Positions 1-9,892 of a DNA stretch of 17,734 nt are shown in pieces. Position 1 is the first letter of the stretch; each line of letters starts with the position of its first letter. The notes under the pieces are model-generated. The model saw nothing but the letters and a program-made list of their open reading frames with translations. It was not told the DNA's origin and did no database searches. Both the position numbers and the translations under genes were made by a program. The stretch comes from an uncultured bacterium (lineage in GTDB: Bacteria; Lernaellota; Lernaellaia; Lernaellales; Lernaellaceae), in assembly GCA_964534375.1 (NCBI GenBank), contig CAZHPN010000132.1:1-17734 (forward strand), in the 5' to 3' direction.

Positions 1-1
1 G

Positions 2-862
2 ACCCACATCGATCACGGAATCGTGGCCAGCGCCTACGGTTTCTGGGGCACGGGGCCTGACGACGTCTTCGCCGCCGGCGGGGATGAGATTTACCACTAT
101 GATGGAACATCATGGTCGGTCATGGAACCCTTGTTCCCCGGTCCGATGACTCTCTGGGGCAGTTCGCATTCCGACGTGTTCGCCGTGGGAGGGGCTTACA
201 CGATCGCGCATTTCGACGGCGTATCCTGGTCGGTCTATCAAGCCGGCGAACAGTACTTCCTCAACGCCGTTTGGGGCAGTTCCCCATCGGACGTGTTTGT
301 CGTCGGTTACGACGGAAACGGAGGCGCGATTTTGCAATTCGACGGCGCCAATTGGTCGCCGATGACCAGCGGAACGCAAGCCGAGCTTTACGGCGTTTGG
401 GGAGCGTCGTCGTCCGACGTTTTCGTCGTCGGCATTGACCCGGTAGGAAACCCGGGAACGATTTTGCATTATGACGGCAATTCTTGGTCGGCGATGCCGC
501 TCGATATCATGTGCGCCCCGAACGCTGTCTGGGGCACATCGCACTCGAGCGTTTTTGCCGTGGGATCAGGCACAAGCGTCAATGCCCAGATTTTGCATTA
601 TGACGGCAACGCTTGGTCAGACATGGGCAGCGTTCCCGCGGCCAAGTTGTTGGGAGTTTGGGGGACATCGTCGTCAGATGTGTTCGCCGTCGGCGATGGC
701 CAAGATGTCGAAGGTCTCGTTCTTCATTTCGACGGCTCGACGTGGTCCGCCATGAAAACCGGAGTGGCCACGTGGCTGTACGGCATCTGGGGCAGTTCGC
801 CCTCCGACGTTTTCATCGGCGGGGAACATGCGATTCTGCACTACGCAGGCCCGTCGGACTGA
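2..862 (+). CDS. Beta-propeller repeat protein (seven WGxSxxDVFxVG repeats), probably 5'-truncated by the window edge
   Basis: Frame is open from position 2 to TGA at 860-862. Seven ~40-45 aa repeats of the form (V/L/I/F)WG(S/T/A)xxxDVFxxG...I(L)H(Y/F)DGxxWS. No signal peptide is visible in the window. Confidence 0.8.
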   Translation, partial: THIDHGIVASAYGFWGTGPDDVFAAGGDEIYHYDGTSWSVMEPLFPGPMTLWGSSHSDVFAVGGAYTIAHFDGVSWSVYQAGEQYFLNAVWGSSPSDVFVVGYDGNGGAILQFDGANWSPMTSGTQAELYGVWGASSSDVFVVGIDPVGNPGTILHYDGNSWSAMPLDIMCAPNAVWGTSHSSVFAVGSGTSVNAQILHYDGNAWSDMGSVPAAKLLGVWGTSSSDVFAVGDGQDVEGLVLHFDGSTWSAMKTGVATWLYGIWGSSPSDVFIGGEHAILHYAGPSD

Positions 863-938
863 TGCCGACGCTGTTGGCAACCCTGCATTTTTCAAGTAAA
901 TGAAAGAGCCCTGGCCGAAGAGGAACGGGGAATGCGCA

Positions 939-3035
939 ATGGCGGGTGAGCGACGAGACCGCGCGAGAGACGACGACGCGCCGGTCGCCGGGCGGCGATT
1001 CGGCCCGCCCCGCTGGCTCATTCTGTTGTTTGCCGCGGCGCTCGTCGGCGGCGGCGCGCTGACGGCGAAGTACGAAGCCGACCGCTGGGTGCGGCGCCAG
1101 GCTGCCGCGCGGCTCGCGGAGGCGCTGCCGAAACTCGAAAAGCTCGCCGGCGCGCGGCTGACGACCGGCGACGCGCAATTCGGCCTGGACGGCAGCGTCG
1201 CGCTCCACGACGTGGTCATCGCGGAAACCAGCGGCGCCGCGCCGTTCGTAACCTGCGACAAGCTGGAAATCCATTATTCTCTGGATCTCAAGAACAAGAC
1301 GGCGACCGTCGACGAGATTCGCCTGCGCCGCCCGCGGCTCACATTCCAAATGGCGGCGAATGGTTCGATCGCCTGGCCCGAGCCGCTCGCCCGGCTGTTC
1401 AGCCGCGGCAAAGACAAGTCGGCGAAGACCGATGATCCATTGTCGTTGTCGCACGGCCGGGTGCGCGTCGCCGATGTCATAACGGTGCGGTTTTACGACG
1501 GCGAGGCGACGGTGACCGACGCCGGCCGTTTCGTCGCCGGCCCGCTGTTCCGGATCGGCCAGGCCCACGGCGCCGCGCGCTTCGACGCCCCGACGCGCGA
1601 GGTCACGGTCGCCGGCCAGGCCAAAGAGTTGGCCGGCGGCGGCAAGTTCGACTTTACTTTGGCGGCCGAATCGGCGCGCGCCAAGGTCACCTTCGCCTGC
1701 CGCGACCTGCCCCTGACGTCGCTGGCGCCGTGCGCGCCGCCGCTGGTGAAGCTGACGTCCGACGCGCGGCTCGACAGCGAAACGGCGGTGACGGTGGACA
1801 AGACCGGCCGGGCCTGGCGGATCGAGACCAACAGCCGCGTCGCGGGCGTCACGCTGGCGAATCCGCGGCTGGGGCCCGCCGAAATTCACAACGTCGCCGG
1901 CGCGCTACGTGGCGAACTGCAATTTGACCCGGCGGAGAAGACGATCCGCGCGCCGGAATTGGAAATCCGGCTTGGCGAAGCGCCGTTTTTTCTGCGCGAT
2001 CTGACCTTGCGGGCGTGGGGCAAAGCGCCGTTTCTGCTGCAAACGGGCGTCGGCGCGCACGCACTGCAGTTGCAAGCGCTGCTCGACGGCCTGCCGGCGG
2101 ATTTGATTCCGATCCTCAAGGGCCTCAAGGTCGAAGGCGCGGCGAACCTGCGCGCGGCGTTGATTCTGGACACGGCGGCGCCGTCGCGGAGCAATTTGGA
2201 CGTGGACGGCGAGGTGACGGATTTCCGCGTGGTTTCGGCGCCCGCGCGGTGCGACGTGCGGCAGATTAACCGCCTGGATTTTACGCACCTCGCGCGCAAG
2301 CACGGCGAACTGCAGGCGACGATTGTCGTCGGCCCGGCCAACCGCGATTTCGTGCCGCTCGCCGACCTCGGCCCCTATATCGTCGGCGCGGTGCTCACCT
2401 GCGAAGACGGCTCGTTCTTCCGCCACAACGGCTTCATGCTGCGGCACATCAACGACTCGCTGCGGCGCGACCTGCACGAAAAACGGTTCGCGCGCGGCGC
2501 CAGCACGGTGAGCATGCAACTGGTGAAGAACGTGTTTCTCAGCGAGGAAAAAACCCTCTCGCGCAAGTTGCAGGAAATGCTGCTCACTTGGTGGCTGGAA
2601 AAGGAAGTCAAGAAAGACCGCATTTTGGAAACCTATTTGAACATCATCGAATGGGGGCCGAAGATTTACGGCATCGGGCCGGCGGCGCACCACTACTTCC
2701 ATTGTTCGCCGCGGTCGGTGACGCCGATCCAGGCCGCGTTTCTGGGCAGCATTATCGCCAACCCGGTGCGCTACCACTACATGAAGCAGAAAGGCGAAAT
2801 CAGCGACGGCTGGCGCACCACCCTGGCCTTCGTCATGCAAAAGATGGTCGAGCGCGGCACGATCGAGCAGGCGCAATACGACGAGGCCGCCGCCGAGAAC
2901 TTCGACGTCTCGTTCGAGCCGCCGCCGGACGCGGACGACGACGTCGCCGCGCCGAAGAAACCCGCGGCTTGGCCGGACGGCGAACGGCAAAACGCCTCGA
3001 CGCCGCGGCCCCTGCCGCCCGATCGCGGGCGTTGA
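939..3035 (+). CDS. Monofunctional peptidoglycan transglycosylase (GT51) with N-terminal TM anchor and long beta-rich (AsmA/DUF748-like) region
   Basis: ATG at 939 follows a purine-rich SD (GAGGAACGGGG). TM segment WLILLFAAALVGGGAL. GT51 motifs are EDGSFFRHNG, GASTVSMQLVKN, RKLQE, KDRILETYLN and YGIGPAAHHYF. No transpeptidase domain follows. Confidence 0.88.
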   Translation: MAGERRDRARDDDAPVAGRRFGPPRWLILLFAAALVGGGALTAKYEADRWVRRQAAARLAEALPKLEKLAGARLTTGDAQFGLDGSVALHDVVIAETSGAAPFVTCDKLEIHYSLDLKNKTATVDEIRLRRPRLTFQMAANGSIAWPEPLARLFSRGKDKSAKTDDPLSLSHGRVRVADVITVRFYDGEATVTDAGRFVAGPLFRIGQAHGAARFDAPTREVTVAGQAKELAGGGKFDFTLAAESARAKVTFACRDLPLTSLAPCAPPLVKLTSDARLDSETAVTVDKTGRAWRIETNSRVAGVTLANPRLGPAEIHNVAGALRGELQFDPAEKTIRAPELEIRLGEAPFFLRDLTLRAWGKAPFLLQTGVGAHALQLQALLDGLPADLIPILKGLKVEGAANLRAALILDTAAPSRSNLDVDGEVTDFRVVSAPARCDVRQINRLDFTHLARKHGELQATIVVGPANRDFVPLADLGPYIVGAVLTCEDGSFFRHNGFMLRHINDSLRRDLHEKRFARGASTVSMQLVKNVFLSEEKTLSRKLQEMLLTWWLEKEVKKDRILETYLNIIEWGPKIYGIGPAAHHYFHCSPRSVTPIQAAFLGSIIANPVRYHYMKQKGEISDGWRTTLAFVMQKMVERGTIEQAQYDEAAAENFDVSFEPPPDADDDVAAPKKPAAWPDGERQNASTPRPLPPDRGR

Positions 3036-3039
3036 CCTC

Positions 3040-5094
3040 ATGACCGAGGACGCGAAGATCCGGGGCCTTCTCGAAACAAAACCCTTTCCGGAACGGCTCG
3101 TTTGGCTCCTGTTGGCGGCTCTTTGGCTGCTGGTCTTCGCCTTGCGTCTGGTCAGCTCGTTGAATGCGATCGGCGATGACCCGGGTGCGGCAAACCTCGC
3201 GTCCGGTCTGCTCGACGGCCTGGCGGCTTCGCCGTGGTCGTATCAGTACGCGCAGCTTCCCGGCACAATGGTGTTTGGCATTCTGCTCTATCCGGTCTAC
3301 GCGATATGCGGCTCTTCGCTGCTTTGGATCGAAATCTTGGGCGCGCTCTTTCTCGCCGGCGGCGTGGTCTTTTGGACGCTGGCCGTTCGCCGCGCCTGGC
3401 AGCGCGAGGTCGCGCCGATTTTCTTCTTGTGGCTGATCTTCCCGCCCCCTTTTCTGGAGGCGAACTTCCATTCGGCGAAGGCTTCGCATGTCGAGAACCT
3501 GTTTTTCTCGGGCCTATTGGTTTTTCTGTTTGTACGCCGCGGGAGCGCGGCGCCGCGATTCTGGGAAACGCTGGGCTTCAGCCTGCTGGCCGGCTTCGCC
3601 GTCTTCTTTTATCAGGGCAACATCGCGATTTGCCTGGCGCTGGCGGCAACGGCCGTCTGGCGCTGGGGGCGGAGCGGCGCCTGGCGCCTTCTCTGGCCGG
3701 CCGCGCCCGCTTTTCTGCTCGGTTACTGGCCCAGCCGCTATTCGCGGACGTTGCCATTTGCCTTCAACCCTTTTTACCACCACACCATCCCCTTCGCCGA
3801 TTGCTGGAGCAAATGGGCCGATTTTTTCTCGATCATCGCCCCGCGCTGGGCTGGCTACACCGGCTTCGGCGGCCACTGGCTGTCGCTCGCCTGGCCCCTG
3901 CTCGCCATCTTCGGCATCGCCTTCGCCGTGCGGCATATCGCCGCCGGAGAGTTGGGGCCATTTCCCGGAGATTGGCTGGCGCGCCTCCTCGCGGCCCAAT
4001 TGTTTTTCTTTTTTGTGGCGTATGGCTTTTCGGAATGGACGATTCCGCTGAATATTTCCGCGTACGGATCGTTGCGATATCTGGTCTCGATTTCCTTGTC
4101 CGTTCTCGCGTTCGCCTGCTATTTCCTTCAGCAAACAACGCGACGGTGGAAATGGCTGCTGCTCGCGCCGTTTCTGCTCGCGGGCGGCGTCAACGTCGTC
4201 CGCGGCGTGGATTTTTCCGCCGGCGGGTTGGCGCACGATCTGCACGGTTTCCTGGCCCGGCGCGGCGACGACTATGCGCAATATGTCTATTTCGATCTGC
4301 CCCGCGAGTGGAAAACTCACGCCGACGCGGCAGCGTCCATCGCCAAACTGCCGAGACGCTGGCGCGACGACGGTTATGTCAGCCTCGGGATCTGGCTGCC
4401 GCCGGAGGAACTCGCCGCCGTCGTCCAGGACGAATCGCTGCCCCCGGCCGCGCGGCGTTACCTCGCCCTCGGCGGTGCGATCCGCTGGACCCGCCACGTC
4501 AACGCCGGGGCAGAATCGGCCGATGCCCGAAATCGCCGGGCCGCCGCCCTTTCGCGGTTGAAAGACATGGACCGGCCGATCGCCCAGTCGTTCGCTGCCG
4601 GCGTCGGTCGCGGGCTTGGCGAGCAAGAGGAAGACATGATCCGAAAGGCGGCCGAGACGGCGAACTCCGGCGAACCGAACTGGGAAAATCTGAGTGCGCA
4701 GGCGGGCCGCATTCGCGACTGGCTGCCTCAACTGACCGACCGCGAGTTCATTTTGGCCGTTTTCGAAGGATTCGGCCTGTCGTCCGGCCTCGACTTCCCG
4801 TCGACAGTGGATTCCAAACGGGGGCCCGACCTCGGCGCCGAACGCCTCGAACAGGCGATCGTTCGCCAGGAGCGGTTGGCGGGCATCGCCCCCGGCGGCG
4901 AGGCGGACGAGGTCTTCCGCCAGGGGTTCACGGCCGGCCTGGCCGCGTGGATCAAGAACCGCTACAAGCGATTCGATTTTTCGCGGGGCGGCGTCGACCC
5001 GGCCGCAATGGCGTCGGCGCTGTCGGAACAGGGCGTTCGATTACGGCGTTGCGCCGGCCAAGGCGGTGAATACGATCTGGACCTTGCGAAGTAG
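3040..5094 (+). CDS. Polytopic membrane protein, putative GT-C (ArnT/PMT-like) glycosyltransferase with soluble helical C-terminal domain
   Basis: Starts 4 nt after the upstream stop. About 10 hydrophobic segments in the first ~390 aa, an acidic DD pair after TM1 (IGDDPG) and a late-loop LRY motif, followed by a soluble tail. The family assignment is an inference. Confidence 0.6.
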   Translation: MTEDAKIRGLLETKPFPERLVWLLLAALWLLVFALRLVSSLNAIGDDPGAANLASGLLDGLAASPWSYQYAQLPGTMVFGILLYPVYAICGSSLLWIEILGALFLAGGVVFWTLAVRRAWQREVAPIFFLWLIFPPPFLEANFHSAKASHVENLFFSGLLVFLFVRRGSAAPRFWETLGFSLLAGFAVFFYQGNIAICLALAATAVWRWGRSGAWRLLWPAAPAFLLGYWPSRYSRTLPFAFNPFYHHTIPFADCWSKWADFFSIIAPRWAGYTGFGGHWLSLAWPLLAIFGIAFAVRHIAAGELGPFPGDWLARLLAAQLFFFFVAYGFSEWTIPLNISAYGSLRYLVSISLSVLAFACYFLQQTTRRWKWLLLAPFLLAGGVNVVRGVDFSAGGLAHDLHGFLARRGDDYAQYVYFDLPREWKTHADAAASIAKLPRRWRDDGYVSLGIWLPPEELAAVVQDESLPPAARRYLALGGAIRWTRHVNAGAESADARNRRAAALSRLKDMDRPIAQSFAAGVGRGLGEQEEDMIRKAAETANSGEPNWENLSAQAGRIRDWLPQLTDREFILAVFEGFGLSSGLDFPSTVDSKRGPDLGAERLEQAIVRQERLAGIAPGGEADEVFRQGFTAGLAAWIKNRYKRFDFSRGGVDPAAMASALSEQGVRLRRCAGQGGEYDLDLAK

Positions 5095-5187
5095 ACCAGC
5101 CCGCGAGGGCGACGTTTGCAAATACAGCTTGACTTTGAGGCCGGTTCATCTTTTGATTCAGGCCAACGCGTTGGCAGGAGGGCGGCG

Positions 5188-5592
5188 GTGAAGAGAATCG
5201 TTTTCTTTTGTCTGCTGGTCGTCGCCGGGCTGGCGGCGGCCTGCGTTGAAGAGAAACCGGTTGCGTTGGGCAATCCGAATCCGACGGGCCATACGCTGCA
5301 GGCGGCCAACCCCGCCAAGTTGAAAATGTTTTTCGGCCGCTACGCCGGCACGTATGTGGTGGTCGACGTGGAATGCGCCAATGTGCTGCACACGTCGCCG
5401 GTCGACGGCTACCAGGCAATCTTGGCGCGGCACGAATACGGAAATTTGTACGTGCTGGTTCGCGAGGGCCTTTACCAGGAGGCGGTCTCCCAATTGAAAC
5501 CCAACCAGAAAATGCGCGTCTTTGGAATCGTGTCGTCCGCCCAGGCTGCGGCCGACAAAGAAGGCAAGATCGCCATTATCGTGGACGAGTAG
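5188..5592 (+). CDS. Lipoprotein of unknown function, possibly OB-fold
   Basis: GTG at 5188 follows AGGAGG (5176-5181). Signal MKRIVFFCLLVVAGLAAA-C ends in a lipobox-like Cys. The C-terminal LKPNQKMRVFGIV pattern resembles OB-fold strands. Confidence 0.7.
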   Translation: MKRIVFFCLLVVAGLAAACVEEKPVALGNPNPTGHTLQAANPAKLKMFFGRYAGTYVVVDVECANVLHTSPVDGYQAILARHEYGNLYVLVREGLYQEAVSQLKPNQKMRVFGIVSSAQAAADKEGKIAIIVDE

Positions 5593-5599
5593 CCGCGCC

Positions 5600-6784
<1,185 letters not shown>

Positions 6785-6826
6785 TCCGGGCGAAAATTCG
6801 GCGTTCCGAACGCCAAGAGGCCTCGT

Positions 6827-7240
6827 ATGAAAAAAGTGGAAATGGTGCGCTGTTTCGTCGTCAGCCCCGAGCCGCAGCCGGGCAATCCCGAGCACGAGGA
6901 AAAAACGGTGCGCTACGTCCCGGGCGACGTGTTTCGCCTGTGGCGTTACCTGATGGAAGATTCCAAAGGTTTCGGCGTGCAGCAGCCGGTGACTTCCTTC
7001 TGGGTCGACGAGGAAATGTACAGTCGCGAGCGGGCGCTCTACGGCGAGCACACCGTGGAAAAGGTCGTCGAGGTCAGCTTCATCTATTGCCGCGACACCG
7101 AGGTCGGCCGGCCGGTCGTCCGCTATTTTCCCCAGGCCCACTTCGAAAATATTCTCTCGTTTTTCATGAAGAACTTCAGCGACGAATATATCAAAGGCGG
7201 CATGCAGAAAACGATCGGGATGTTCGTCGAGCGGAAATGA
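6827..7240 (+). CDS. Hypothetical soluble protein (137 aa) with apparent two-fold internal repeat
   Basis: ATG preceded by AAGAGG. Codon usage and composition are protein-like, and the ORF fills the gap between rlmI and the convergent gspK. Confidence 0.75.
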   Translation: MKKVEMVRCFVVSPEPQPGNPEHEEKTVRYVPGDVFRLWRYLMEDSKGFGVQQPVTSFWVDEEMYSRERALYGEHTVEKVVEVSFIYCRDTEVGRPVVRYFPQAHFENILSFFMKNFSDEYIKGGMQKTIGMFVERK

Positions 7241-7327
7241 AGTTCTCCCGGGCGGTGCGTCCGCGCCTTTCCCTGCATCGCCGGCGGCCGTCGTCGCGCG
7301 TCGGCCGTATCCAGCGCAGACGGCGCC

Positions 7328-8488
7328 TCACCTCTTCGTCGAGACCGTCCCGTTGTTGCCGGCTCCGAATCCGCCCGCGCCGCCCACTCCCGACGAGCCG
7401 CCCAGCGGCGACGGCGTGCCCTGGCCCCCGATTTGCGCCTGCGAGGAAGCCGCGACGCCCGGCGCGACGCGGAAATAAATCACGCTGGCTTTGGACGTGG
7501 TGCGGCCGATAATGCCCAGGGCGTTCTTTTGCACGCCGCTGACCAACGCCGTGCAGGTCACGCGAAAGTAGTGGCTGGCGACGCCGAAAAACTGCACGAA
7601 GCGGCCGGCCGTCTTGGCGTCCATGCCGAGCGTCTGCAGTTGGCTGGACATGTTCTTGACCGTGAAGTAATTCGACGAGTCGGACTGGCCGAACGACGGC
7701 GTGCTGCTGCCGTCGGCCCCCTGTCGCCGCCATTGGTCGATCTTCTCGGACAAGCTGGGGTCGGCGTTGGTGTTGAGCGTCTGCAGGACGGCGGTGATGA
7801 TATTCGCATCGACGGTGTTCAGGTTCATCTTCGGATCGCCGTAGATCGACACCAACGGCTCGAGTTGGCCCCAGATTTCGTCGGTGATGCCGGTGACCAG
7901 CCGCACTTCCTGGATCGACTCGAAGCGCGAGCATTTCGCCGTCGTCGGCGGGGTCATCGACGAGTAGCCGTAGACCGAATCTTTCGCGCCCGAACCGTCC
8001 AGCGCATCCGTGCCCGCGCTGATGTAATCGACGATGGCGTTCGCCAACTTCGGATCGAGACCCTGATTGGTCAGGATTTGTTTGAGGACGTCGATGAGCG
8101 GCTGGTACGGTTTGCCGTGGTTGTCGACCATGTTGTTGAGGTTGAACCGCCCGCTTTCGTCGTTGATGTCCATCATCAACGTTTCGTCTTCGGAAATCGG
8201 AATGCCGGGCATGCCCGCCTTGCCGAGAAAATCGTACCAGTCTTCGCCGAAATAATCGACGCTGTTGTCCTGAATGTCGCGCAGCAGGATGCCCGAGGCG
8301 ACCTGCATCGCGCTGCGCAGCAGGTACTCCGCCTTGACGCCGCCGACCAGGTTGTTGGCGATGTAGAAGTTGATGCGCACGGATTGGTGCAGATCGAGAA
8401 TCATCACGGTCATCAACGTCGTGATCATCAGCACGATGATGATCGCGATGCCGCGGCGATCGCGCAGGACGCGGCCGACGCGCTTCAT
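7328..8488 (-). CDS. gspK: Type II secretion minor pseudopilin GspK
   Basis: Prepilin site RRG|IAIIIVL with no E+5, as is typical of GspK. Motifs DESGRFNLN, RFESIQEVRLVTGI and MNLNT. The ATG overlaps the gspJ stop (TGATG). Last gene of the pseudopilin cluster. Confidence 0.88.
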   Translation of the reverse strand: MKRVGRVLRDRRGIAIIIVLMITTLMTVMILDLHQSVRINFYIANNLVGGVKAEYLLRSAMQVASGILLRDIQDNSVDYFGEDWYDFLGKAGMPGIPISEDETLMMDINDESGRFNLNNMVDNHGKPYQPLIDVLKQILTNQGLDPKLANAIVDYISAGTDALDGSGAKDSVYGYSSMTPPTTAKCSRFESIQEVRLVTGITDEIWGQLEPLVSIYGDPKMNLNTVDANIITAVLQTLNTNADPSLSEKIDQWRRQGADGSSTPSFGQSDSSNYFTVKNMSSQLQTLGMDAKTAGRFVQFFGVASHYFRVTCTALVSGVQKNALGIIGRTTSKASVIYFRVAPGVAASSQAQIGGQGTPSPLGGSSGVGGAGGFGAGNNGTVSTKR

Positions 8489-9351
8489 CACAGGCCTCCG
8501 CCCGACGACGTGCTGCTGGTGGTCCCGCCGATCGTCAATTGCCGGCCGCCGCTGCCCGTGCCGCGGCTGCCGCTGCCGCTGCCGCTGCTGCCGCTGCTGC
8601 TGCCGCCCGGACTGGTGTCGTCATCCGGCTGCGACAGGTCGATCGTCGAAAGCACCAGGCGGATCTTGGTGTGAAACGCCATCGACGTGTCGCGCGGCCC
8701 GGCCACGAGGATGCCCACGTCCATCGCCAAGGGCAACGTGTTGATCATTTCCTGTTCCTGGTCGGTGACCTCGGACGGCGGCGGCGTCGCCTCGCCGTTT
8801 TGGGCGGCCGTCGACGGTTTGTTGGGATCGCGGGTGTCCCAATCCTCCAGCCATTGCTGGCCGTCGTAATAATGCAGTTCAAGCGACATGACGTTGTCCA
8901 CCAGCTCGCAAAATTCGCCGGCTTCGAGGCTCGGATCGAGCGTCGCGTCTTCGCGGCGATACAGCGTCATCAGCCCGGTGTCCGGGTTCTCGGCGACGTA
9001 GTAATTCACCATCGACTGATCGGATTCGCGGGCGTCCGGATTGTATTTCACGTGGTTGAACGACGAGAAGTGCACCTCGTCGAGCGGCAGGCCGTCGGGC
9101 GTCCGTCGCGACACGGCGTAAAAGATCGAGCGGGTGTTCGGGTTGGTGCTGATGAAGGCCGATTCGAGGTCGGCGTCCATCTTGTCCATCGCCCAGCGCG
9201 CCTGCTGGTAGATTTCGTTGCCGCTCTCCACGTCTTCCTTGGAATCGGCGGTGTAGGAGATCGAGCCGTAGATCAGGCTCATGATGACCGCGAGAATCAC
9301 GATCGCGATCATGATCTCCAGCAGCGTGAAGCCGGCGTCGCGACGTCGCAA
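8488..9351 (-). CDS. gspJ: Type II secretion minor pseudopilin GspJ
   Basis: AG|FTLLEIMIAIVIL N-methylation motif. LYRRED and YYDGQQWLEDWDT...LPLAM patterns are typical of GspJ. Likely TTG start at 9351, just after the gspI stop; the longer ORF from 9444 overlaps gspI. Confidence 0.85.
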   Translation of the reverse strand: MRRRDAGFTLLEIMIAIVILAVIMSLIYGSISYTADSKEDVESGNEIYQQARWAMDKMDADLESAFISTNPNTRSIFYAVSRRTPDGLPLDEVHFSSFNHVKYNPDARESDQSMVNYYVAENPDTGLMTLYRREDATLDPSLEAGEFCELVDNVMSLELHYYDGQQWLEDWDTRDPNKPSTAAQNGEATPPPSEVTDQEQEMINTLPLAMDVGILVAGPRDTSMAFHTKIRLVLSTIDLSQPDDDTSPGGSSSGSSGSGSGSRGTGSGGRQLTIGGTTSSTSSGGGL

Positions 9352-9352
9352 C

Positions 9353-9892
9353 TCAATGCCCCCCGGTCGTCGTCTTGCTGGTCGTCGAACCGCCGCTCGA
9401 GCCGCTGCTCGAACCGCTGCTCGAACCGCCGGCGGCGTCGTCATCGGATTTGGAGGAGTCGTCGTCGGTCAGGTCGGCAGCCTGCTGCATCTCCTTGGTG
9501 GTGGCGGCCAGGTACTGCATGATTTCCACCATTTGCTCGGTCGGCCCATCCGGCCAGAAGACCCGCACCCGGCACTCGCGGACGTAATTCCAGAAGACGT
9601 TTTCCTGCACGTCGCGTTCCCACCGGTACTCCGGATAGAGGCCCGGATAGGTATCGCTGAAATCACCCTGGTCGGAGGTGATATCCGGGAAGCCTTGCAG
9701 TTCGAGGTCGTTCATCACGGACTTGGCGAGGTTGATCGCGATCGACACGCGCCGGCTGCGCTCGGACATCTGCAAGGAGGCGCCGTGATTCTCCAGCAGT
9801 ACGACGATCACCGTCGCCAGAATCGCCATGGCGATCATGACTTCCAGCAGCGTGAAGCCCCGCGACCGGCCTATCGTCGTGGTCTTCCTCAA
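9353..9892 (-). CDS. gspI: Type II secretion minor pseudopilin GspI
   Basis: RG|FTLLEVMIAMAILA, YRWERDV and VRVFW. TTG start overlaps the gspH stop. Lies between gspH and gspJ. Confidence 0.85.
   Translation of the reverse strand: MRKTTTIGRSRGFTLLEVMIAMAILATVIVVLLENHGASLQMSERSRRVSIAINLAKSVMNDLELQGFPDITSDQGDFSDTYPGLYPEYRWERDVQENVFWNYVRECRVRVFWPDGPTEQMVEIMQYLAATTKEMQQAADLTDDDSSKSDDDAAGGSSSGSSSGSSGGSTTSKTTTGGH
9385..9432. repeat. In-frame 12-nt tandem repeats encoding the GspI SSGS tail
   Basis: TCGAACCGCCGC TCGAGCCGCTGC TCGAACCGCTGC TCGAACCGCCGG. Confidence 0.85.
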
